Of a stretch of DNA of 27,492 bases, positions 1 through 10,900 are shown in pieces. The translations under genes and the position numbers were made by a program. Each line of letters starts with the position of its first letter. The first letter of the stretch is position 1. Under the pieces are notes generated by a model. It worked only from the letters and a program-made list of their open reading frames with translations. It searched no databases and had not been told where the DNA came from. This DNA comes from Macrostomum lignano (Eukaryota). The DNA is taken from positions 1-27,492 of the forward strand of contig NIVC01004177.1 in assembly GCA_002269645.1 (NCBI GenBank), read 5' to 3'.

Positions 1-460
1 CCTTAATCACCATTGAATCCGCCCCTTAATCACATTGAATCCGCCCCTAACCTCCCCATGAATCCGCCCCCTAATTCCCGAAGAAACTTTCTCCTCACTC
101 CCATGAATCCGCCCCCTAACTCTCATTAATCCGCCCCCTAAACTGCCCATGAATCCGCCCCTCAATTCCCATGAATCCGCCCTCACTCCCCATGAATCGC
201 CCCTCAGCCCCTCACTCCCCATGAATCCACCCCTCACTCCCCATGAATCCGCCCTCACTCCCATGAATCCGCCCGCTCACTCCCCATGAATCCACCCCTC
301 ACTCCCATGAATCCGCCCCTCACTCCCCATGAATCCGCCCCTCACTCCCCATGAATCCGCCCCTCACTCCCCATGAATCCGCCCCTCACTCCCCATGAAT
401 CCGCCCTCACTCTCCATGAATCCGCCCCTCACTCATCATGAATCCGCCCCTCACTCCCCT
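1..460. repeat. 22-bp C-rich minisatellite, consensus ATGAATCCGCCCCTCACTCCCC, ~21 copies, probably intronic
   Basis: The core GAATCCGCCC recurs about every 22 nt. Copies are near-perfect from ~270 to 460 and degenerate with indels from 1 to ~210, with an interruption at ~75-95. The array ends directly before CCGCGCAG and runs off the window start. Confidence 0.95.
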
Positions 461-468
461 CCGCGCAG
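450..468 (+). other. Putative 3' splice acceptor (pyrimidine tract plus CAG at 466-468) of a phase-0 intron
   Basis: The sequence is CTCACTCCCCTCCGCGCAG|GTA TCC GGC. Family homology starts exactly after the AG: VSGL is the continuation of the conserved F-P-Q-V-S-G motif, whose FPQ part would lie in the upstream exon. The preceding ~260 nt contain no AG. Confidence 0.75.
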
Positions 469-1067
469 GTATCCGGCCTGCGCTTCCGCTTCGACGGCAC
501 GCGGCCCCCCGGCAGCCGGGTCGACCCATCCAGCGTCCAAATCGGAGACAAGCCGATGGTTGCCGACACGCAGTACCGCATGGCAACCAAATATTACCTG
601 TACTGCGGCAAGGACGGCTACGACATGCTGCCCGGCTGCCAGCTGCTGGTCGACGACGAGGACGGGCCTGGTGTGGAGCGTGGCGGTGCAGAACTACTTC
701 ACCGCCAGCGGGGTGCTGCGCGGCTGGCTGCAGCTGAAGAACCGCACCGCTGGCCGCCTGCGGCCAATGAACCGTCGACTGTCCTGCGTGGTGGACAGCC
801 GGCCGGAGACGGAGCCGGAAACTGCCGCGGCCACCGCCGACCAAGCGGTCCCGGCTGAGAAAAAATCCGCGCGAGAATTGGCCACTGTGCGCCGGGAGTT
901 CGCGCCCTGCGCCGCGGCAGAATCCAATTCGACTGATGAGGAGCCGGCTTTTGCGGCGCCGCGGCCGAGCGTGGGAGGGCCGCATTGTGGAGACCTCCGG
1001 GCTGGCGGCCGGGGACGGGGAAACCGGCCGAGGCGATGAAGAGGATCAGCGGGAGGCTGGGGAGTGA
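469..1067 (+). CDS. Terminal exon (partial CDS) of a 5'-nucleotidase family protein, C-terminal domain (5_nucleotid_C; UshA/CD73/YfkN-like), with two apparent frameshifts
   Basis: Frame 1, 469-669: VSGLRFRFDGTRPPGSRVDPSSVQIGDKPMVADTQYRMATKYYLYCGKDGYDMLPGCQLLVDDEDGP, matching the family pattern VSG.rf.fD...ppGsRV...v.ig..p......Y..AT..YL..G.DGY. Frame 2, 671-973: VWSVAVQNYF...RRLS...FAAPRPSV. Frame 3, 975-1067: EGRIVETSGLAAGDGETGRGDEEDQREAGE*, restoring the conserved terminal P.VEGRI motif. 599 nt minus 2 inserted bases gives 199 codons including TGA at 1065-1067. Third codon positions are GC-rich. Family assignment is by motif recognition, not a database search. Confidence 0.85.
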
Positions 1068-1905
1068 GGCCGCCAACTGGAGCCAAAAACAGCTCAATTC
1101 ATCAGCTAAAGTAGGAAATTTTCATGTTTATTGCAATCGAGTCTCGATCAACTCGGAACAAATTTGTGTCCTTGAGCAAGACGCTTAACTCTGCATTGCT
1201 TCAGTTCACGCTCAACTGTAAAATGGGTGCCAGCATTGAGGGTGTGTCTGGCGACCCCCAGTCACATCTGCTCATAAGGGCAGGTGTAATCAATAATTAT
1301 ATTCCCACTAAAGCGAAAATCGAAGGCCAAGGGCCCAAGGCGACATCGGGGCCATTCAAAATAGATCCGCATTATTTTGAAGTGCGTTCAAAACGGGTCC
1401 TTGGTACTAACCAATTACCAGCAAAATTTGCATGAAGCTAAACAAATATTCTATTATTAGTTCCTATATATAATTCAAACTCACACGTCAATCCTACTCA
1501 TTAGTTAAGTAGTATGCTGTAAGTTTTTTATAGTTATATTTGCAAATCAGCTTCCTTGTGCGACTATTTATTGTAATTTTTCACTTGAAAGGTGCTTTGT
1601 TGCCTATGTAATCTCTGGTTCGTGTGGCTTCAGTTGTAGAGTAAGATTACGCTTTTTTTAGATATTAATCAAATTTTAATTAGCTATAAAAAATATTTTA
1701 GTAGCATTGGAATAAGCTGCACCCTTTTCAAATTGGTTTGTCAAATCACCTTCTGCACTACTCGCTCCCATTATGCTGTGCCCAGATAGAAATGAAATGC
1801 CAGTCTGCATACTTTATGCATGCAATTAATGGACACGGCTTTCTATCTTGAAAAATGGAAGCTGGTAAATATGCTGATCACCCTTGCTTGTTTGAATTTG
1901 CCCTT
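1068..1905. other. Unique non-coding sequence (putative 3' UTR and downstream flank), AT-rich especially at ~1430-1720
   Basis: GC content drops after the stop at 1067. No recognisable protein motif. No canonical AATAAA or ATTAAA seen on the + strand. Confidence 0.55.
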
Positions 1906-4900
1906 TATCTTGTACTCCAGTCAGTGTCTCTTCTACTCCAGTCAGTGTCTCTTCTACTCCAGTCAGTGTCTCTTCTACTCCAGTCAGTGTCTCTTGTACT
2001 CCAGTCAGTGCTCTTCTACTCCAGTCAGTGTCTCTTCTACTCCAGTCAGTGTCTCTTCTACTCCAGTCAGTGTCTCTTCTACTCCAGTCAGTGTCTCTTG
2101 TACTCCAGTCAGTGTCTCTTCTACTCCAGTCAGTGTCTCTTCTACTCCAGTCAGTGTCTCTTCTACTCCAGTCAGTGTCTCTTCTACTCCAGTCAGTGTC
2201 TCTTCTACTCCAGTCAGTGTCTCTTCTACTCCAGTCAGTGTCTCTTCTACTCCAGTCAGTGTCTCTTCTACTCCAGTCAGTGTCTCTTGTACTCCAGTCA
2301 GTGTCTCTTCTACTCCAGTCAGTGTCTCTTCTACTCCAGTCAGTGTCTCTTCTACTCCAGTCAGTGTCTCTTCTACTCCAGTCAGTGTCTCTTCTACTCC
2401 AGTCAGTGTCTCTTCTACTCCAGTCAGTGTCTCTTCTACTCCAGTCAGTGTCTCTTCTACTCCAGTCAGTGTCTCTTCTACTCCAGTCAGTGTCTCTTCT
2501 ACTCCAGTCAGTGTCTCTTCTACTCCAGTCAGTGTCTCTTCTACTCCAGTCAGTGTCTCTTCTACTCCAGTCAGTGTCTCTTCTACTCCAGTCAGTGTCT
2601 CTTCTACTCCAGTCAGTGTCTTGTACTCCAGTCAGTGTCTCTTCTACTCCAGTCAGTGTCTCTTCTACTCCAGTCAGTGTCTCTTCTACTCCAGTCAGTG
2701 TCTCTTCTACTCCAGTCAGTGTCTCTTCTACTCCAGTCAGTGTCTCTTCTACTCCAGTCAGTGTCTCTTCTACTCCAGTCAGTGTCTCTTCTACTCCAGT
2801 CAGTGTCTCTTCTACTCCAGTCAGTGTCTCTTCTACTCCAGTCAGTGTCTCTTCTACTCCAGTCAGTGTCTCTTCTACTCCAGTCAGTGTCTCTTCTACT
2901 CCAGTCAGTGTCTCTTCTACTCCAGTCAGTGTATCTTCTACTCCAGTCAGTGTCTCTTCTACTCCAGTCAGTGTCTCTTCTCCAGTCAGTGTCTCTTCTA
3001 CTCCAGTCAGTGTCTCTTCTACTCCAGTCAGTGTCTCTTCTACTCCAGTCAGTGTCTCTTCTACTCCAGTCAGTGTCTCTTCTACTCCAGTCAGTGTCTC
3101 TTCTACTCCAGTCAGTGTCTCTTCTACTCCAGTCAGTGTCTCTTCTACTCCAGTCAGTGTCTCTTCTACTCCAGTCAGTGTCTCTTCTACTCCAGTCAGT
3201 GTCTCTTCTACTCCAGTCAGTGTCTCTTCTACTCCAGTCAGTGTCTCTTCTACTCCAGTCAGTGTCTCTTCTACTCCAGTCAGTGTCTCTTCTACTCCAG
3301 TCAGTGTCTCTTCTACTCCAGTCAGTGTCTCTTCTACTCCAGTCAGTGTCTCTTCTACTCCAGTCAGTGTCTCTTCTACTCCAGTCAGTGTCTCTTCTAC
3401 TCCAGTCAGTGTCTCTTCTACTCCAGTCAGTGTCTCTTCTACTCCAGTCAGTGTCTCTTCTACTCCAGTCAGTGTCTCTTCTACTCCAGTCAGTGTCTCT
3501 TCTACTCCAGTCAGTGTCTCTTCTACTCCAGTCAGTGTCTCTTCTACTCCAGTCAGTGTCTCTTCTACTCCAGTCAGTGTCTCTTCTACTCCAGTCAGTG
3601 TCTCTTCTACTCCAGTCAGTGTCTCTTCTACTCCAGTCAGTGTCTCTTCTACTCCAGTCAGTGTCTCTTCTACTCCAGTCAGTGTCTCTTCTACTCCAGT
3701 CAGTGTCTCTTCTACTCCAGTCAGTGTCTCTTCTACTCCAGTCAGTGTCTCTTGTACTCCAGTCAGTGTCTCTTCTACTCCAGTCAGTGTCTCTTCTACT
3801 CCAGTCAGTGTCTCTTCTACTCCAGTCAGTGTCTCTTCTACTCCAGTCAGTGTCTCTTCTACTCCAGTCAGTGTCTCTTCTACTCCAGTCAGTGTCTCTT
3901 CTACTCCAGTCAGTGTCTCTTCTACTCCAGTCAGTGTCTCTTCTACTCCAGTCAGTGTCTCTTCTACTCCAGTCAGTGTCTCTTCTACTCCAGTCAGTGT
4001 CTCTTCTACTCCAGTCAGTGTCTCTTCTACTCCAGTCAGTGTCTCTTCTACTCCAGTCAGTGTCTCTTCTACTCCAGTCAGTGTCTCTTCTACTCCAGTC
4101 AGTGTCTCTTCTACTCCAGTCAGTGTCTCTTCTACTCCAGTCAGTGTCTCTTGTACTCCAGTCAGTGTCTCTTCTACTCCAGTCAGTGTCTCTTGTACTC
4201 CAGTCAGTGTCTCTTCTACTCCAGTCAGTGTCTCTTCTACTCCAGTCAGTGTCTCTTCTACTCCAGTCAGTGTCTCTTCTACTCCAGTCAGTGTCTCTTG
4301 TACTCCAGTCAGTGTCTCTTCTACTCCAGTCAGTGTATCTTCTACTCCAGTCAGTGTCTCTTCTACTCCAGTCAGTGTCTCTTCTACTCCAGTCAGTGTC
4401 TCTTCTACTCCAGTCAGTGTCTCTTCTACTCCAGTCAGTGTCTCTTCTACTCCAGTCAGTGTCTCTTGTACTCCAGTCAGTGTCTCTTCTACTCCAGTCA
4501 GTGTCTCTTCTACTCCAGTCAGTGTCTCTTCTACTCCAGTCAGTGTCTCTTCTACTCCAGTCAGTGTCTCTTCTACTCCAGTCAGTGTCTCTTCTACTCC
4601 AGTCAGTGTCTCTTCTACTCCAGTCAGTGTCTCTTCTACTCCAGTCAGTGTCTCTTCTACTCCAGTCAGTGTCTCTTCTACTCCAGTCAGTGTCTCTTCT
4701 ACTCCAGTCAGTGTCTCTTCTACTCCAGTCAGTGTCTCTTCTACTCCAGTCAGTGTCTCTTCTACTCCAGTCAGTGTCTCTTCTACTCCAGTCAGTGTCT
4801 CTTCTACTCCAGTCAGTGTCTCTTGTACTCCAGTCAGTGTCTCTTCTACTCCAGTCAGTGTCTCTTCTACTCCAGTCAGTGTCTCTTCTACTCCAGTCAG

Positions 4901-7900
4901 TGTCTCTTCTACTCCAGTCAGTGTCTCTTCTACTCCAGTCAGTGTCTCTTCTACTCCAGTCAGTGTCTCTTCTACTCCAGTCAGTGTCTCTTCTACTCCA
5001 GTCAGTGTCTCTTCTACTCCAGTCAGTGTCTCTTCTACTCCAGTCAGTGTCTCTTGTACTCCAGTCAGTGTCTCTTCTACTCCAGTCAGTGTCTCTTCTA
5101 CTCCAGTCAGTGTCTCTTCTACTCCAGTCAGTGTCTCTTCTACTCCAGTCAGTGTCTCTTCTACTCCAGTCAGTGTCTCTTCTACTCCAGTCAGTGTCTC
5201 TTCTACTCCAGTCAGTGTCTCTTCTACTCCAGTCAGTGTCTCTTCTACTCCAGTCAGTGTCTCTTCTACTCCAGTCAGTGTCTCTTCTACTCCAGTCAGT
5301 GTCTCTTCTACTCCAGTCAGTGTCTCTTCTACTCCAGTCAGTGTCTCTTCTACTCCAGTCAGTGTCTCTTCTACTCCAGTCAGTGTCTCTTCTACTCCAG
5401 TCAGTGTCTCTTCTACTCCAGTCAGTGTCTCTTCTACTCCAGTCAGTGTCTCTTCTACTCCAGTCAGTGTCTCTTCTACTCCAGTCAGTGTCTCTTCTAC
5501 TCCAGTCAGTGTCTCTTCTACTCCAGTCAGTGTCTCTTCTACTCCAGTCAGTGTCTCTTCTACTCCAGTCAGTGTCTCTTCTACTCCAGTCAGTGTCTCT
5601 TCTACTCCAGTCAGTGTCTCTTCTACTCCAGTCAGTGTCTCTTCTACTCCAGTCAGTGTCTCTTCTACTCCAGTCAGTGTCTCTTCTACTCCAGTCAGTG
5701 TCTCTTCTACTCCAGTCAGTGTCTCTTCTACTCCAGTCAGTGTCTCTTCTACTCCAGTCAGTGTCTCTTCTACTCCAGTCAGTGTCTCTTCTACTCCAGT
5801 CAGTGTCTCTTCTACTCCAGTCAGTGTCTCTTCTACTCCAGTCAGTGTCTCTTCTACTCCAGTCAGTGTCTCTTCTACTCCAGTCAGTGTCTCTTCTACT
5901 CCAGTCAGTGTCTCTTCTACTCCAGTCAGTGTCTCTTCTACTCCAGTCAGTGTCTCTTCTACTCCAGTCAGTGTCTCTTGTACTCCAGTCAGTGTCTCTT
6001 CTACTCCAGTCAGTGTATCTTCTACTCCAGTCAGTGTCTCTTGTACTCCAGTCAGTGTCTCTTCTACTCCAGTCAGTGTCTCTTCTACTCCAGTCAGTGT
6101 CTCTTGTACTCCAGTCAGTGTCTCTTGTACTCCAGTCAGTGTCTCTTGTACTCCAGTCAGTGACTCTTGTACTCCAGTCAGTGTATCTTGTACTCCAGTC
6201 AGTGTCTCTTGTACTCCAGTCAGTGTATCTTGTACTCCAGTCAGTGTCTCTTGTACTCCAGTCAGTGTCTCTTGTACTCCAGTCAGTGTCTCTTGTACTC
6301 CAGTCAGTGTCTCTTGTACTCCAGTCAGTGTCTCTTGTACTCCAGTCAGTGTCTCTTGTACTCCAGTCAGTGTATCTTGTACTCCAGTCAGTGTATCTTG
6401 TACTCCAGTCAGTGTATCTTGTACTCCAGTCAGTGTCTCTTGTACTCCAGTCAGTGTATCTTGTACTCCAGTCAGTGTATCTTGTACTCCAGTCAGTGTA
6501 TCTTGTACTCCAGTCAGTGTCTCTTCTACTCCAGTCAGTGTCTCTTGTACTCCAGTCAGTGTATCTTGTACTCCAGTCAGTGTCTCTTGTACTCCAGTCA
6601 GTGTCTCTTCTACTCCAGTCAGTGTCTCTTCTACTCCAGTCAGTGTCTCTTCTACTCCAGTCAGTGTCTCTTCTACTCCAGTCAGTGTCTCTTGTACTCC
6701 AGTCAGTGTCTCTTCTACTCCAGTCAGTGTCTCTTCTACTCCAGTCAGTGTCTCTTCTACTCCAGTCAGTGTCTCTTCTACTCCAGTCAGTGTCTCTTCT
6801 ACTCCAGTCAGTGTCTCTTCTACTCCAGTCAGTGTCTCTTCTACTCCAGTCAGTGTCTCTTCTACTCCAGTCAGTGTCTCTTCTACTCCAGTCAGTGTCT
6901 CTTCTACTCCAGTCAGTGTCTCTTCTACTCCAGTCAGTGTCTCTTCTACTCCAGTCAGTGTCTCTTCTACTCCAGTCAGTGTCTCTTCTACTCCAGTCAG
7001 TGTCTCTTCTACTCCAGTCAGTGTCTCTTCTACTCCAGTCAGTGTCTCTTCTACTCCAGTCAGTGTCTCTTCTACTCCAGTCAGTGTCTCTTCTACTCCA
7101 GTCAGTGTCTCTTCTACTCCAGTCAGTGTCTCTTCTACTCCAGTCAGTGTCTCTTCTACTCCAGTCAGTGTCTCTTCTACTCCAGTCAGTGTCTCTTCTA
7201 CTCCAGTCAGTGTCTCTTCTACTCCAGTCAGTGTCTCTTCTACTCCAGTCAGTGTCTCTTCTACTCCAGTCAGTGTCTCTTCTACTCCAGTCAGTGTCTC
7301 TTCTACTCCAGTCAGTGTCTCTTCTACTCCAGTCAGTGTCTCTTCTACTCCAGTCAGTGTCTCTTCTACTCCAGTCAGTGTCTCTTCTACTCCAGTCAGT
7401 GTCTCTTCTACTCCAGTCAGTGTCTCTTCTACTCCAGTCAGTGTCTCTTCTACTCCAGTCAGTGTCTCTTCTACTCCAGTCAGTGTCTCTTCTACTCCAG
7501 TCAGTGTCTCTTCTACTCCAGTCAGTGTCTCTTCTACTCCAGTCAGTGTCTCTTCTACTCCAGTCAGTGTCTCTTCTACTCCAGTCAGTGTCTCTTCTAC
7601 TCCAGTCAGTGTCTCTTCTACTCCAGTCAGTGTCTCTTCTACTCCAGTCAGTGTCTCTTCTACTCCAGTCAGTGTCTCTTCTACTCCAGTCAGTGTCTCT
7701 TCTACTCCAGTCAGTGTCTCTTCTACTCCAGTCAGTGTCTCTTCTACTCCAGTCAGTGTCTCTTCTACTCCAGTCAGTGTCTCTTCTACTCCAGTCAGTG
7801 TCTCTTCTACTCCAGTCAGTGTCTCTTCTACTCCAGTCAGTGTCTCTTCTACTCCAGTCAGTGTCTCTTCTACTCCAGTCAGTGTCTCTTCTACTCCAGT

Positions 7901-10900
7901 CAGTGTCTCTTCTACTCCAGTCAGTGTCTCTTCTACTCCAGTCAGTGTCTCTTCTACTCCAGTCAGTGTCTCTTCTACTCCAGTCAGTGTCTCTTCTACT
8001 CCAGTCAGTGTCTCTTCTACTCCAGTCAGTGTCTCTTCTACTCCAGTCAGTGTCTCTTCTACTCCAGTCAGTGTCTCTTCTACTCCAGTCAGTGTCTCTT
8101 CTACTCCAGTCAGTGTCTCTTCTACTCCAGTCAGTGTCTCTTCTACTCCAGTCAGTGTCTCTTCTACTCCAGTCAGTGTCTCTTCTACTCCAGTCAGTGT
8201 CTCTTCTACTCCAGTCAGTGTCTCTTCTACTCCAGTCAGTGTCTCTTCTACTCCAGTCAGTGTCTCTTCTACTCCAGTCAGTGTCTCTTCTACTCCAGTC
8301 AGTGTCTCTTCTACTCCAGTCAGTGTCTCTTCTACTCCAGTCAGTGTCTCTTCTACTCCAGTCAGTGTCTCTTCTACTCCAGTCAGTGTCTCTTCTACTC
8401 CAGTCAGTGTCTCTTCTACTCCAGTCAGTGTCTCTTCTACTCCAGTCAGTGTCTCTTCTACTCCAGTCAGTGTCTCTTCTACTCCAGTCAGTGTCTCTTC
8501 TACTCCAGTCAGTGTCTCTTCTACTCCAGTCAGTGTCTCTTCTACTCCAGTCAGTGTCTCTTCTACTCCAGTCAGTGTCTCTTCTACTCCAGTCAGTGTC
8601 TCTTCTACTCCAGTCAGTGTCTCTTCTACTCCAGTCAGTGTCTCTTCTACTCCAGTCAGTGTCTCTTCTACTCCAGTCAGTGTCTCTTCTACTCCAGTCA
8701 GTGTCTCTTCTACTCCAGTCAGTGTCTCTTCTACTCCAGTCAGTGTCTCTTCTACTCCAGTCAGTGTCTCTTGTACTCCAGTCAGTGTCTCTTGTACTCC
8801 AGTCAGTGTCTCTTGTACTCCAGTCAGTGTCTCTTGTACTCCAGTCAGTGTCTCTTGTACTCCAGTCAGTGTCTCTTGTACTCCAGTCAGTGTCTCTTGT
8901 ACTCCAGTCAGTGTATCTTGTACTCCAGTCAGTGTCTCTTGTACTCCAGTCAGTGTCTCTTGTACTCCAGTCAGTGTCTCTTGTACTCCAGTCAGTGTCT
9001 CTTGTACTCCAGTCAGTGTCTCTTCTACTCCAGTCAGTGTCTCTTCTACTCCAGTCAGTGTCTCTTCTACTCCAGTCAGTGTCTCTTCTACTCCAGTCAG
9101 TGTCTCTTCTACTCCAGTCAGTGTCTCTTCTACTCCAGTCAGTGTCTCTTCTACTCCAGTCAGTGTCTCTTCTACTCCAGTCAGTGTCTCTTCTACTCCA
9201 GTCAGTGTCTCTTCTACTCCAGTCAGTGTCTCTTCTACTCCAGTCAGTGTCTCTTCTACTCCAGTCAGTGTCTCTTCTACTCCAGTCAGTGTCTCTTCTA
9301 CTCCAGTCAGTGTCTCTTCTACTCCAGTCAGTGTCTCTTCTACTCCAGTCAGTGTCTCTTCTACTCCAGTCAGTGTCTCTTCTACTCCAGTCAGTGTCTC
9401 TTCTACTCCAGTCAGTGTCTCTTCTACTCCAGTCAGTGTCTCTTCTACTCCAGTCAGTGTCTCTTCTACTCCAGTCAGTGTCTCTTCTACTCCAGTCAGT
9501 GTCTCTTCTACTCCAGTCAGTGTCTCTTCTACTCCAGTCAGTGTCTCTTCTACTCCAGTCAGTGTCTCTTCTACTCCAGTCAGTGTCTCTTCTACTCCAG
9601 TCAGTGTCTCTTCTACTCCAGTCAGTGTCTCTTCTACTCCAGTCAGTGTCTCTTCTACTCCAGTCAGTGTCTCTTCTACTCCAGTCAGTGTCTCTTCTAC
9701 TCCAGTCAGTGTCTCTTCTACTCCAGTCAGTGTCTCTTCTACTCCAGTCAGTGTCTCTTCTACTCCAGTCAGTGTCTCTTCTACTCCAGTCAGTGTCTCT
9801 TCTACTCCAGTCAGTGTCTCTTCTACTCCAGTCAGTGTCTCTTCTACTCCAGTCAGTGTCTCTTCTACTCCAGTCAGTGTCTCTTCTACTCCAGTCAGTG
9901 TCTCTTCTACTCCAGTCAGTGTCTCTTCTACTCCAGTCAGTGTCTCTTCTACTCCAGTCAGTGTCTCTTCTACTCCAGTCAGTGTCTCTTCTACTCCAGT
10001 CAGTGTCTCTTCTACTCCAGTCAGTGTCTCTTCTACTCCAGTCAGTGTCTCTTCTACTCCAGTCAGTGTCTCTTCTACTCCAGTCAGTGTCTCTTCTACT
10101 CCAGTCAGTGTCTCTTCTACTCCAGTCAGTGTCTCTTCTACTCCAGTCAGTGTCTCTTCTACTCCAGTCAGTGTCTCTTCTACTCCAGTCAGTGTCTCTT
10201 CTACTCCAGTCAGTGTCTCTTCTACTCCAGTCAGTGTCTCTTCTACTCCAGTCAGTGTCTCTTCTACTCCAGTCAGTGTCTCTTCTACTCCAGTCAGTGT
10301 CTCTTCTACTCCAGTCAGTGTCTCTTCTACTCCAGTCAGTGTCTCTTGTACTCCAGTCAGTGTCTCTTCTACTCCAGTCAGTGTCTCTTCTACTCCAGTC
10401 AGTGTCTCTTCTACTCCAGTCAGTGTCTCTTCTACTCCAGTCAGTGTCTCTTGTACTCCAGTCAGTGTCTCTTGTACTCCAGTCAGTGTCTCTTGTACTC
10501 CAGTCAGTGTATCTTGTACTCCAGTCAGTGACTCTTGTACTCCAGTCAGTGTCTCTTGTACTCCAGTCAGTGTATCTTGTACTCCAGTCAGTGTCTCTTC
10601 TACTCCAGTCAGTGTCTCTTGTACTCCAGTCAGTGTATCTTGTACTCCAGTCAGTGTATCTTCTACTCCAGTCAGTGTATCTTGTACTCCAGTCAGTGTA
10701 TCTTGTACTCCAGTCAGTGTATCTTGTACTCCAGTCAGTGTATCTTGTACTCCAGTCAGTGTCTCTTGTACTCCAGTCAGTGTATCTTGTACTCCAGTCA
10801 GTGTCTCTTCTACTCCAGTCAGTGTCTCTTCTACTCCAGTCAGTGTCTCTTGTACTCCAGTCAGTGTATCTTGTACTCCAGTCAGTGTCTCTTCTACTCC

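Noticed and set aside
7-264. Minus-strand 85-aa ORF
   Set aside because: It is a translation of the degenerate 22-bp minisatellite with no independent coding signal.
395-737. ATG starts at 395 and 438 as real gene starts
   Set aside because: These ATGs belong to minisatellite units. Only the 671-973 part of the 395 ORF matches the nucleotidase, and homology begins after the acceptor at 468.
407-1097. Minus-strand ORFs 407-985, 694-1086 and 699-1097
   Set aside because: Shadow ORFs antisense to a GC-rich exon, Arg/Pro/Ala-rich with no recognisable motifs.
985-1435. ORFs 985-1188 and 1124-1435
   Set aside because: The first is off-frame relative to the VEGRI motif. The second lies in AT-richer downstream sequence with no recognisable domain or codon bias.
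1068-1905. Polyadenylation signal or transposon terminal inverted repeats
   Set aside because: Only non-canonical AATAAT (~1292) and AATAAG (~1711) were seen. No convincing inverted-repeat pair, target-site duplication or transposase remnant.
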